The notes beneath the pieces were generated by a model that saw only the letters and a list, made by a program, of their open reading frames with translations, did no database searches and was not told the origin of the DNA. Both the position numbers and the translations under genes were made by a program. A DNA stretch of 64,000 bases, taken from NCBI GenBank assembly GCA_964187785.1, contig OZ076409.1:45510001-45574000 (forward strand), written 5' to 3'. Shown here one piece after another: positions 24,201 through 38,100 of the stretch. The number at the start of each line of letters is the position of its first letter. The first letter of the stretch is position 1. The stretch is from Amphiscolops sp. MND2022. Taxonomy: Eukaryota.

Positions 24201-27200
24201 TTCAACTTCTGTAATAACGACTGAAATCGATGACGATACGTCTAAACATCGGAAAAACAGCTAAAAAAATGCGTAAAATAGAATTAGGCCTTAGTTTATC
24301 AAATTGTGGTAATTTTAGGCGCTTCCACTAATTTAGTGATATTATCAGAATGAGGATCAAAATTAAAGAAAAAAGGTCCAAACACCAGTATAACGGCTAA
24401 AATTAATGTGTACAGTGTAATTAGGCCTTGGTTTACCAAATAAAAGTAACTTTGGGTGTTCTTCCACCACTGAAGTGATTTTCTCAAAACAAGGACTAAA
24501 ATTCAAGAAAAAAGGTCCAAGATATGGAATAAAAACTAGAATCGATCATGATACGTCTAAACACTGGAATAACAGCTAAAATCAACGCGTACAGTAGAAC
24601 AATGCCTTTGTTCATCAAATCAAAGTGTTTTAATGCGTTATTCCACCACTATAGTGATTTTATCAGAGTAAGAACTAAAATTGAAGAAAAAAGGTCCAAA
24701 CTCTGTGATGACGTTGAAAATCGATGAAGAAACGTCTAAACACTGGAATAACGGCCAACATCAATGCTTAAACTACAAATTGGCCTTGTTTTACCAAATT
24801 AAAGTGATTTTAGGTGTTATTCCACCACTGAAAAATTTTTCTAAAACAGGACTAAAATTCAAGAAAAAAATCCAAACTCTGGAATAACGACTAAAATTGA
24901 TGAAGATACGTCTAAACACCGGAAAATCAGCTAAAATCAATGCGTAAAGTAGAAATAGGCCTTATTCTGTCAAATTGAAGTGATTTTAGGCAATTCCACT
25001 ACTATAAGGATTTTATCAGAATAAAGACTATAATTAAAAAAAAAATGTCCAAACACTGGAATAACGGCTAAAATCAATGCGTACAGTACTCTTAGGTCTT
25101 GGTTTACCAAATTGGAGTAACTTTGGGTGTTATTTTACCACTGAAGTGATTTTTCCAAAACAAGGACTAAAATTTACAAAAAAGGTCGAAACTCTGGAAT
25201 GACAACAAAAATCAATGAAGATACGTCTAAACACGGGAATAATGGCTAACATCAATGTCCACAGTACAATTAGGCCTTGTTTTACCAAAACAAAGTGATT
25301 TGAGATGTTATTCCACCACTGAAAATTTTTTTCCAAAACAAGGACTAAAAATTAAGAAAAAAGGTACAAACTCTGGAGTGACGACTAAAATCGATGAAGG
25401 TAGGTCCAAACACTAGAATAACGTCTAAGATCAATGCGTACAGTACAATTAGGCCGTGGTTCACCAACATAGTGATTTTAGGTGTTATTCCACCACTAAA
25501 AAAAATTTTCCAAAACAAGGACTAAAATTTAAGAAAAAAGGTCCAAACTCTGGTATGACTACAAAAATTGATGAAGATACGTCTAAACATCGGAAAAGCA
25601 GCTAAACTCATAGCGTACAGCAGAATTAGGCCTTAGTTCATCAAATTAAAGTGATTTTAGGCGTTATTCCACCACTATAGTGATAGTATCAGAATATTAA
25701 CTATATTTAAAGAAAAAAGATCCAGACACTGGAATAACGGCTAAAATCATCGCGTACAAAATAAATTGGCCGCGGTTTACCAAATTAAAGTATCTTTAGG
25801 CGTTATTCCACCATTGAAGTGATTTTTCCAAAACAAGGACCAAATTTTACGACAAAAGGTCCAAACTCTGGAATGACAACAAAAATCGATGAAGATGCGT
25901 GTAAACACTGGAATAACAGCTAAAATCAATTCTTACAGTACAATTAGGCCTTGTTTCACCAACATAAAGTGATTTTAGGTGTTATTCCACCACTGAAAAC
26001 ATTTTTCCAAAACAATGACTAAAATTCAAGAAAAAAGGTTCAACCTCTGGAATAACGTCTGAAATCGATGACGATACGTCTAAACATCGGAAAAACAGCT
26101 AAAAAAATGCGTAAATTAGAATTAGGCCTTAGTTTATCAAATTGAGGTAATTTTAGGCGCTTCCACTACTTTAGTGATATTATCAGAATGAGGATCAAAA
26201 TTAAAGAAAAAAGGTCCAAACACCAGTATAACGGCTAAAATCAATGTGTACAGTGTAATTAGACCTTGGTTTACCAAATAAAAGTAACTTTGGGTGTTCT
26301 TCCACCACTGAAGTGATTTTCCCAAAACAAGGACTAAAATAAAAGAAAAAAGGTCCAAGATATGGAATAAAACTAGAATCGATCATGATGCGTCTAAACA
26401 CTGGAATAACAGCTAAAATCAACGCGTACAGTAGAACTATGCCTTTGTTCATCAAATCAAAGTGTTTTAATGCGTTATTCCACCACTATAGTGATTTTAT
26501 CAGAGTAAGAACTAAAATTGAAGAAAAAAGGTCCAAACTCTGTAATGACGTTAAAAAACGATGAAGAAACGTCTAAACACTGGAATAACGACCAACATCA
26601 ATGCTTAAACTACAAATAGGCCTTGTTTTACCAAATTAAAGTGATTTTAGGTGTTATTCCACCACTGAAAAATTTTTCTGAAACAGGACTAAAATTCAAG
26701 AAAAAAATCCAAACTCTGGAATAACGACTAAAATTGATGAAGATTCGTCTAAACACCGGAAAAACAGCTAATATCAATGCGTACAGTAGAATTAGGCCTT
26801 ATTTTGTCAAATTGAAGTAATTTTAGGCGATTCCACCACTATAGGGATTTTATCAGAATAAAGACTATAATTAAACAAAAAATGTCCGAACACTGGAATA
26901 ACGGCTAAAGTCAATGCGTACAGTACTGTTAGGTCTTGGTTTACCAAATTGGAGTACCTTTGGGTGTTATTTTACCACTGAAGTAATTTTTCCAAAACAA
27001 GGACTAAAATTTACGAAAAAAGGTCCAAACTCTGGAATGACAACAAAAATCAATGAAGATACGTGTAAACACTGGAATAACAGCTAAAATCAATTTTTAC
27101 AGTACAATTAGGCCTTGTTTCACCAACATAAAGTGATTTTAGTTGTTATTGCACCACTGAAAAAAATTTTCCAGATAAGGACTAAAATTCAAGAAAAAAA

Positions 27201-27400
27201 GGTCCAAACTCTGAAATAACGACTGAAATCGATGAAGATACGTCTAAACATCGGAAAAACAGCTAAAATAAAGGCGTAAAGTAGAATTGGACTTAGTTTA
27301 TCAAATTGAGGTACCTTTAGGCGATTCCACTATTTTAGTGATATATCAGAATGAGGACTAAAATTGAAGAGAAAAGGTCCAAATACCAGTATAACGGCTA
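21800..27400 (+). repeat. ~1840 bp HOR (about 11 monomers); boundaries approximate
   Basis: Marker ORFs at 22456, 24299 and 26137 (offsets 1843, 1838). 8x178 + 3x139 = 1841. Confidence 0.75.
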
Positions 27401-30400
27401 AAATTAATGCGTACAGTGTAATTAGGCCTTGGATTACCAAATAAAAGTAACTTTGGGTGTTCTTTCACCACTGAAGTGATTTTCCCAAAACAAGGAGCAA
27501 GGAGTAAAACTCACGAAAAAACGTCCAAGATTTGGAATAACAACTAAAATTGATCGTGATACGTCTAAACACTGGAATAACAGCTAAAATCAACGCGTAC
27601 AGTAGAACTAGGCCTTTGTTCATCAAATCAAAGTGATTTTAGGCGTTGTTCCACCACTATAGTGATTTCATCAGAGTAGAGACTAAATTTGAAGAAAAAA
27701 TGGTCCAAACTCTGTAATGACGTTAAAAATCGATGAAGATAGGTCTAAACACTGGAATAACGGCTAACACCAATGCTTACACTACAATTAGGCCTTGTTT
27801 TATCAAAATTAAGTGTTTTTAGGTGTTATTCCACGACTGAAAAGATTTTTCTAAAACAAGGACTAAAATTCAAAAAAAATCCAAACTCTTGAATAACGAC
27901 TAAAATTGATGAAGATACGTCTAATCATCGGAAAAACAACTAAAATTAATGCGTACCAAAGAATTAGGCCTTAGTTTATCAAATTAAAGTGATTTTAGGC
28001 GTTTTTCCACCACTATAATTATCAGAAGAAGGATTTAATTAAATAAAAAAGGTGCAAACATTGGAATAACGGCTAAAATCAATGAGTACAGTATAATTCG
28101 ACTGTAGTTTACCAAATTAAAATGATTTAAGTTTTATTCCATCACTGAAATTATTTTTTCAAAACAAGGATCAGAATTTAAGAAAAAAAGTCCAAACTCT
28201 GGAATGACGACTAAAATCGACGAAGGCAGGTCCATACACTGGAATAACGTCTAAGATCAATGCGTACGGTATAACTGGGCCTTGGTTTACCAAATTAAAG
28301 TAACTTTAGGTGTTATTCCTCCACTGAAGTGATTTTTCCAAAACAAGGACCAAAATTCAAGAAAAAAGGTCCAAGATATGGAATAAAAACTAGAATCGAT
28401 CATGATACGTCTAAACACTGGAATAACAGCTAAAATCAACGCGTGCAGTAGAACTATGCCTTTGTTCATCAAATCAAAGTGTTTTAATGCGTTATTCCAC
28501 CACTATGGTGATTTTATGAGAGTAAGAACTAAAATTGAAGAAAAAAGGTCCAAACTCTGTAATGACGTTAAAAATCGATGAAGAAACGTCTAAACACTGG
28601 AATAACGGCCAATATCAATGCTTAAACTACAAATAGGCCTTGTTTTACCAAATTAAAGTGATTTTAGGTGTTATTCCACCACTGAAAAAATTTTCTAAAA
28701 CAGGACTAAAATTCAAGAAAAAAATCCAAACTCTGGAATAACGACTAAAATTGATGAAGATTCGTCTAAACACCGGAAAAACAGCTAATATCAATGCGTA
28801 CAGTAGAATTAGGCCTTATTTTGTCAAATTGAAGTGATTTTAGGCGATTCCACCACTATAGGGATTTTATCAGAAAAAAGACTATAATTAAACAAAAAAT
28901 GTCCAAACACTGGAATAACGGCTAAAATTGTTGCGTACAGTGTAATTAGGCCTTGGATTACCAAATAAAAGTAACTTTGGGTGTTCTTCCACCACTGAAG
29001 TGATTTTCCCAAAACAAGGAGCAAGGAGTAAAACTCACGAAAAAACGTCCAAGATTTGGAATAACAACTAAAATTGATCGTGATACGTCTAAACACTGGA
29101 ATAACAGCTAAAATCAACGCGTACAGTAGAACTAGGCCTTTGTTCATCAAATCAAAGTGATTTTAGGCGTTGTTCCACCACAATAGTGATTTCATCAGAG
29201 TAGAGACTAAAATTGAAGAAAAATGGTCCAAACTCTGTAATGACGTTAAAAATCGATGAAGATACGTCTAAACACTGGAATAACGGCTAACACCAATGCT
29301 TACACTACATTTAGGCCTTGTTTCATCAAAATTAAGTGTTTTTAGGTGTTATTCCACGACTGAAAAGATTTTTCTAAAACAAGGACTAAAATTCAAAAAA
29401 AATCCAAACTCTGGAATAACGACTAAAATTGATGAAGATACGTCTAATCATCGGAAAAACAACTAAAATCAATGCGTACCAAAGAATTAGGCCTTAGTTT
29501 ATCAAATTAAAGTGATTTTAGGCGTTTTTCCACCACTATAATTATCAGAATAAGGATTTAATTGAACAAAGAAGGTGCAAACATTGGAATAACGGCTAAA
29601 ATCAATGAATACAGTATAATTCGACTGTAGTTTACCAAATTAAAATGATTTAAGTTTTATTCCATCACTGAAATTATTTTTTCAAAACAAGGATCAGAAT
29701 TTAAGAAAAAAGGTCCAAACTCTGGAATGACGACTAAAATCGACGAAGACAGGTCCAAACACTGGAATAACGTCTAAGATCAATGCGTACGGTATAACTG
29801 GGCCTTGGTTTACCAAATTAAAGTAACTTTAGGTGTTATTCCTCCACTGAAGTGATTTTTCCAAAACAAGGACTAAAACTTAAGAAAAAAGGTCCAAACT
29901 CTGCAATAACAATTAAAATTGATGAAGATACGTCTAAACATCGGAAAATAACTAAAATCAATGCGTACAAAAGAATTAGGCCTTAGTTTATCAAATCAAA
30001 GTGATTTTAGGCGTTATTCCACCACTACAAGATATTATCGGAATAATGACTATAATTTGAAAAAAAAGGTCCAAACACTGGAATAACGGCTAAAATCAAT
30101 GAGTACAGTATAATTTGACTGTGGTTTACCAAATTAAAATGATTTCAAGTTTTATTTCACCACTGAAATTATTTTTCCAAAACAAGGATCAAAATTCAAG
30201 AAAAAAGGTCCAAACTCTGGAATGACGACTAAAATCGATGAAGACAGGTCCAAACACTAGAATATCGTCTAAGATCAATGCGTACGGTATAATTGGGCCT
30301 TGGCTTACCAAATTAAAGTAATTTTAGGTGTTATTCCTCCACTGAAGTAATTTTTCCAAAACAAGGACTGAAATTAACGAAAAAAGGTCCAGACTCTGGA

Positions 30401-33160
30401 ATAATAACTAAAATCGATGAAGATACTTCTAAACATCGGAAAAACAACTAAAATCAATGCGTACAGTAGAGTTAGGCCTTAGTTTATCAAATCAAAGTGA
30501 TTTTAGGTGTTATTCCACCACTATGAGATATTATCAGAATAAGGACTATAATTAAAGAAAAAAGGTCCAAACACTGGAAAAACGGCCGAAATCAATCAGT
30601 ACAGTATAATTTGGCCGTGGTTCACCAAAATAAAGTAACTTTGGGTGTTAATCCACCAGTGAAGTGACTTTTCCAAAACAAAGACAAAAACTCGAGAAAA
30701 AAGGTCCAAACTCTGGAATGACAACAAAAATCGATGAAGTTGCGTGTAAACACTGGAATAACAGCTAAAATCAATTCTTACAGTACAATTAGGCCTTGTT
30801 TCACCAACATAAAGTGATTTTAGGTGTTATTCCACCACTGAAAACATTTTTCCAAAACAATGACTAAAATTCAAGAAAAAAGGTTCAACCTCTGGAATAA
30901 CGTCTGAAATCGATGACGATACGTCTAAACATCGGAAAAACAGCTAAAAAAATGCGTAAATTAGAATTAGGCCTTAGTTTATCAAATTGAGGTAATTTTA
31001 GGCGCTTCCACTACTTTAGTGATATTATCAGAATGAGGATCAAAATTAAAGAAAAAAGGTCCAAACACCAGTATAACGGCTAAAATCAATGTGTACAGTG
31101 TAATTAGACCTTGGTTTACCAAATAAAAGTAACTTTGGGTGTTCTTCCACCACTGAAGTGATTTTCCCAAAACAAGGACTAAAATAAAAGAAAAAAGGTC
31201 CAAGATATGGAATAAAACTAGAATCGATCATGATGCGTCTAAACACTGGAATAACAGCTAAAATCAACGCGTACAGTAGAACTATGCCTTTGTTCATCAA
31301 ATCAAAGTGTTTTAATGCGTTATTCCACCACTATAGTGATTTTATCAGAGTAAGAACTAAAATTGAAGAAAAAAGGTCCAAACTCTGTAATGACGTTAAA
31401 AATCGATGAAGAAACGTCTAAACACTGGAATAACGGCCAATATCAATGCTTAAACTACAAATAGGCCTTGTTTTACCAAATTAAAGTGATTTTAGGTGTT
31501 ATTCCACCACTGAAAAATTTTTCTAAAACAGGACTAAAATTCAAGAAAAACATCCAAACTCTAGAATAACGACTAAAATTGATGAAGATTCGTCTAAACA
31601 CCGGAAAAACAGCTAATATCAATGCGTACAGTAGAATTAGGCCTTATTTTGTCAAATTGAAGTGATTTTAGGCGATTTCACCACTATAGGGTTTTTATCA
31701 GAATAAAGACTATAATTAAACAAAAAATGTCCAAACACTGGAATAACGGCTAAAATCAATGCGTACAGTACTGTTAGGGTTTGGTTTACCAAATTGGAGT
31801 ACCTTTGGGTGTTATTTTATCACTGAAGTAATTTTTCCAAAACAAGGACTAAAATTTACGAAAAAAGGTCCAAACTCTGGAATGACAACAAAAATCAATG
31901 AAGATACGTGTAAACACTGGAATACCAGCTAAAATCAATTTTTACAGTACAATTAGGCCTTGTTTCACCAACATAAAGTGATTTTAGTTGTTATTGCACC
32001 ACTGAAAAAATTGTTCCAGATAAGGACTAAAATTCAAGAAAAAAAGGTCCAAACTCTGAAATAACGACTGAAATCGATGAAGATACGTCTAAACATCGGA
32101 AAAACAGCTAAAATAAAGGCGTAAAGTAGAATTGGACTTAGTTTATCAAATTGAGGTACCTTTAGGCGATTCCACTTTTTTAGTGATATATCAGAATGAG
32201 GACTAAAATTAAAGAGAAAAGGTCCAAATACCAGTATAACGGCTAAAATTAATGCGTACAGTGTAATTAGGCATTGGATTACCAAATAAAAGTAACTTTG
32301 GGTGTTCTTTCACCACTGAAGTGATTTTCCCAAAACAAGGAGCAAGGAGTAAAACTCACGAAAAAACGTCCAAGACTTGGAATAACAACTAAAATTGATC
32401 GTGATACGTCTAAACACTGGAATAACAGCTAAAATCAACGCGTACAGTAGAACTAGGCCTTTGTTCATCAAATCAAAGTGATTTTAGGCGTTGTTCCACC
32501 ACTATAGTGATTTCATCAGAGTAGAGACTAAAATTGAAGAAAAATGGTCCAAACTCTGTAATGACGTTACAAATCGATGAAGATACGTCTAAACACTGGA
32601 ATAACGGCTAACATCAATGCTTACACTACAATTAGGCCTTGTTTTATCAAAATTAAGTGTTTTTAGGTGTTATTTCACGACTGAAAAGATTTTTCCGAAA
32701 CAAGGACTAAAATTCAAAAAAAGGAATAACGACTAAAATTGATGAAGATACGTCTAATCATCAGAAAAACAACTAAAATCAATGCGTACCAAAGAATTAG
32801 GCCTTAGTTTATCAAATTAATGTGATTTTAGGCGTTTTTCCACCACTATAATTATCAGAATAAGGATTTAATTAAACAAAAAAGGTGCAAACATTGGAAT
32901 AACGGCTAAAATCAATGAGTACAGTATAATTCGACTGTAGTTTACCAAATTAAAATGATTTAAGTTTTATTCAATCACTGAAATTATTTTTTCAAAACAA
33001 GGATCAGAATTTAAGAAAAAAGGTCCAAACTCTGGAATGACGACTAAAATCGACGAAGACAGGTCCAAACACTGGAATAACGTCTAAGATCAATGCGTAC
33101 GGTATAACTAGGCCTTGGTTTACCAAATTAAAAGTAACTTTAGGTGTTATTCCTCCACTG
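25860..33160 (+). repeat. Block duplication with offset 4845 bp (~25860-28330 copied at ~30705-33160)
   Basis: Identical ORF translations at 26137/30982 and 26201/31046. The private duplication CAAGGAGCAAGGAG occurs at 27491 and 32336 (offset 4845), with a third copy at 29015. Confidence 0.85.
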
Positions 33161-36100
33161 AAGTGATTTTTCCAAAACAAGGACTAAAACTTAAGAAAAA
33201 AGGTCCAAACACTGCAATAACAATTAAAATTGATGAAGATACGTCTAAACATCGGAAAATAACTAAAATCAATGCGTACAAAATAATTAGGCCTTAGTTT
33301 ATCAAATCAAAGTGATTTTAGGTGTTATTCCACCACTATAATTATCAGAATAAGGATTTAATTAAACAAAAAAGGTGCAAACATTGGAATAACGGCTAAA
33401 ATCAATGAGTACAGTATAATTCGACTGTAGTTTACCAAATTAAAATGATTTAAGTTTTATTCCATCACTGAAATTATTTTTTCAAAACAAGGATCAGAAT
33501 TTAAGAAAAAAGGTCCAAACTCTGGAATGACGACTAAAATCGACGAAGACAGGTCCAAACACTGGAATAACGTCTAAGATCAATGCGTACGGTATAACTA
33601 GGCCTTGGTTTACCAAATTAAAAGTAACTTTAGGTGTTATTCCTCCACTGAAGTGATTTTTCCAAAACAAGGACTAAAACTTAAGAAAAAAGGTCCAAAC
33701 ACTGCAATAACAATTAAAATTGATGAAGATACGTCTAAACATCGGAAAATAACTAAAATCAATGCGTACAAAATAATTAGGCCTTAGTTTATCAAATCAA
33801 AGTGATTTTAGGTGTTATTCCACCACTATAATTATCAGAATAAGGATTTAATTAAACAAAAAAGGTGCAAACATTGGAATAACGGCTAAAATCAATGAGT
33901 ACAGTATAATTTGACTGTGAAGTACCAAATTAAAATGATTTCAAGTTTTATTCCACCACTGAAATTATTTTTCCAAAACAAGGATCAAAATTCAAGAAAA
34001 AAGGTCCAAACTCTGGAATGACGATTAAAATCGATGAAGACAGGTCCAAACACTAGAATAACGTCTAAGATCAATGCGTACGGTATAATTGGGCCTTGGC
34101 TTACCGAATTAAAGTAATTTTAGGTGTAATTCCTCCACTGAAGTGATTTTTCCAAAACAAGGACTGAAATTAACGAAAAAAGGTCCAGACTCTGGAATAA
34201 TAAGTAAAATCGATGAAGATACTTCTAAACGTCAGAAAAACAACTAAAATCAATGCGTACAGTAGAGTTAGGCCTTAGTTTATCAAATTAAAGTGGTTTT
34301 AGGCGTTATTCCACCACTATAAATATCAGAATAAGGACTACAGTTAAAGAAAAAAGGTCCAAACACTGGAATAACGGCTAAAATCAAAGAGTACGGGCAT
34401 AATTTGACCGTGGTCTACCAAATTAAAATGATTTCAAGTTTTATTCGACCACTGAAATTATTTTTCCAAAACAAGGATCAAAATTTAGGAAAAAAGGTCC
34501 AAACTCTGGAATGACGACTAAAATCGATGAAGACAGGTCCAAACACTTAAATAACGTCTAAGATCAATGCGTACAGTAAAATTGAGCCTTGGTTTACCAA
34601 ATTAAAGTAAATTTAGGTGTTATTCCTCCACTGAAGTTTTTTTTTCCAAAACAAGGACTAAATCTTAAGAAAAAAATCCAGACTCTGGAATAATAACTAA
34701 ATTCGATGAAGATACGTCTAAACATCGGAAAAACAACTAAAATCAATGCGTACAGTAGAATTAGGCCTTAGTTTATCAAATTAAAGTGACTTTAGGCGTT
34801 ATTCCACCACTATAAATATCAGAATAAGGACTATAGTTAAAGAAAAAAGGTCCAAACACTGGAATAACGGCTAAAATCAAAGAGTACGGGCATAATTTGA
34901 CCGTGGTCTACCAAACTAAAATGATTGCAAGTTTCATTCGACCACTGAAACTATTTTTCTTCCAAAACAAGGATCAAAATTTAGGAAAAAAGGTCCAAAC
35001 TCTGGAATGACGACTAAAATCGATGAAGACAGGTCCAAACACTTAATTAACGTCTAAGATCATTGCGTACAGTAAAATTGAGCCTTGGTTTACCAAATTA
35101 AAGTAAATTCAGGTGTTATTCCTCCACTGAAGTTTTTTTCCAAAACAAGGACTAAATCTTAAGAAAAAAGATCCAGACTCTGGAATAATAACTAAATTCG
35201 ATGAAGATACGTCTAAACATCGGAAAAACAACTAAAATCAATGCGTACAGTAGAATTAGGCCTTAGTTTATGAAATTAAAGTGACTTTAGGCGTTATTCC
35301 ACCACTATAAATATCAGAATAAGGACTCTAATTAAAGGAAAAAGGTCCAAACACTAGAATAACGGCTAAAATCAAAGAGTACAGCATAATTTGGCCGTGG
35401 TTTACCAAATTAAAATGATTTCAAGTTTTATTCGACCACTGAAATTGTTTTTCCAAAACAAGGATCAAAATTTAGGAAAAAAAGGCCAAACGCTGGAATG
35501 ACGACTAAAATCGATGAAGACAGTTCCAAACACTAGAATAACGTCTAAGATCAATGCGTACGGTATAATTGGGCCTTGGCTTACCAAATTAAAGTAACTT
35601 TAGGTGTTATTCCTCCACTGAAGTGATTTTTCCAAAACAAGGACTGAAACTAACGAAAAAAGGTCCAGACTCTAGAATAATCACTAAAATCGATGAAGAT
35701 ACTTCTAAACATCGGAAAAACAACTAAAATCAATGCGTACAGTAGAATTAGGCCTTAGTTTATCAAATTAAAGTGACTTTAGGCGTTATTCCACCACTAT
35801 AAATATCAGAATAAGGACTATAATTAAAGAAAAAAGGTCCAAACACTGGAATAACGGCTAAAATCAAAGAGTACAGCATAATTTGACCGTGGTTCACCAA
35901 ATTGAAATGATTTCAAGTTTTATTCTACCACTGAAATTATTTTTCCAAAACAAGGATCAAAATTGAGGAAAAAAGGGCCAAACTCTGGATTGACGACCAA
36001 AATCGATGAAGACAGGTCCAAACACTAAAATAACGTCTAAGATCAATGCGTACAGTATAATTGAGCCTTGGTTTACCAAATTAAAGTAAATTTAGGTGTT

Positions 36101-38100
36101 ATTCCTCCACTGAAGTGATTTTTCCAAAACAAGGACTAAATCTTAAGAAAAAAGATCCAGACTCTGGAATAATAACTAAAATCGATGAAGATACGTCTAA
36201 ACATCGGAAAAACAACTAAAATCAATGCGTACAGTAGAATTAGGCCTTAGTTTATCAAATTAAAGTGACTTTAGGCGTTATTCCACCACTATAGGATATT
36301 ATCAGAATAATGACTATAATTAAAGAAAAAAGGTCCAAACACTGGAATAACGGCTAAAATCATTGAGTACAGTATAATTTGACTGTGGTTCACCAAATTA
36401 AAATAATTTCAAGTTTTATTCCACCACTGAAATTATTTTTTCAAAACAATGATCAAAGTTTAAGAAAAAAGGTCCAAACTCTGGAATGACGACTAAAATC
36501 GATGAAGATACGTCTAAACATCGGAAAAACAACTAAGATCAATGCGTACGGTATAATTGGGCCTTTGTTTATCAAATTAAAGTAACTTTAGGTGTTATTC
36601 CTCCACTGAAGTGATTTTTCCAAAACAAGGACTGAAACTAACGAAAAAAGGTCCAGACTCTGGAATAATAACTAAAATCGATGAAGATACGTCTAAGCAT
36701 CGGAAAAACAACTAAAATCAATGCGTACAGTAGAATTAGGCCTTAAATTATCAAATCAAAGTGATTTTAGGTGTTATTCCACCACTATAAGATATTATCA
36801 GAATAATGACTATAATTAAAGAAAAAAAGGTCCAAACACTGGAGTAACGGCTAAAATCAATGAGTACAGTATAATTTGACTGTGGTTTACCAAATTAAAA
36901 TGATTTCAAGTTTTATTCCACCACTGAAATTGTTTTTCCAAAACAAGGATAAAAATTTAAAAAAAAGGTCCAAACTCTGGAATGACGACTAAAATCGATG
37001 AAGACAGGTCCAAACACTAGAATAACGTCTAAGATCAATGCGTACGGTATTATTGGGCCTTGGTTTATCAAATGAAAGTAACTTTAGGTGTTATTCCTCC
37101 ACTGAAGCGATTTTTCCAAAACAAGGACTGAAACTAACGAAAAAAGGTCCAGACTCTGGAATAATAGCTAAAATCGATGAAGATACGTCTAAACATCGAA
37201 AAAACAACTAAAATCAATGCGTACAGTAGAATTAAGCCTTAGTTTATCAAATTAAAGTGATTTTAGGCGTTATTCCACCACTATAAATATCAGAATAAGG
37301 ACTATAATTAAAGGAAAAAGGTCCAAACACTGGAATAACGGCTAAAATCAAAGAGTACAGCATTATTTGACCGTGGTTTACCAAATTAAAATGATTTCAA
37401 GTTTTATTCGACCACTGAAATTATTTTTCCAGAACAAGGATCAAAATTTAAGAAAAAAAGTCCAAACTCCGGAGTGACGACTAAAATCGATGAAGACAGG
37501 TCCAAACACTAGAATAACGTCTAAGATCAATGCGTACGGTATTATTGGGCCTTGGTTTCTCAAATTAAAGTAATTTTAGGTGTTATTCCTCCACTGAAGT
37601 GATTTTTCCAAAACAAGGACTGAAACTAACGAAAAAAGGTCCAGACTCTAGAATAATAACTAAAATCGATGAACATACGTCTAAACATCGGAAAAACAAC
37701 TAAAATCAATGCGTACAGTAGAATTAGGCCTTAGTTTATTAATTTAAAGTGATTTTAGGCGTTATTCCACCACTATAAATATCAGAATAAGGACTATAAT
37801 TAAAGGAAAAAGGTCCAAACACTGGAATAACGGCTAAAGTCAAAGAGTACAGCATAATTTGACCGTGGTTTACCAAATTAAAATGATTTCAAGTTTTATT
37901 CGACCACTGAAATTACTTTTCCAAAACAAGGATCAAAATTTAAGAAAAAAGGCCCAAACTCTGGAATGACGACTAAAATCGATGAAGACAGGTCCAAACA
38001 CTAAAATATTGTCTAAGATCAATGCGTACAGTATAATTAATCCTAGGTTTACCAAATTAAAGTAACTTTAGGTGTTATTCCTCCACTGAAGTGATTTTTC
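33100..38100 (+). repeat. Trimer HOR (long-long-short), period ~490 bp; similar units reappear at ~39.8-41.2 kb
   Basis: Identical ORFs at 33115 and 33605 (offset 490). The variants GAAGACAGGTCCAAACACT and AAAATGATTTCAAGTTTTATT recur about every 490 bp. Confidence 0.85.

Noticed and set aside
27640..27680. Hammerhead ribozyme (retrozyme-type satellite): the - strand reads CTGATGA-AATCAC-TATA-GTGGT-GGAAC, and the + strand consensus has CGATGA-AGA-TACG-TCT-AAAC
   Set aside because: Neither matches the required CUGANGA...GAAA core with correct stem II closure. Most monomers have CTGATAA or lack CTGA, and stems I/III were not identified. An Infernal search with hammerhead models would settle it.
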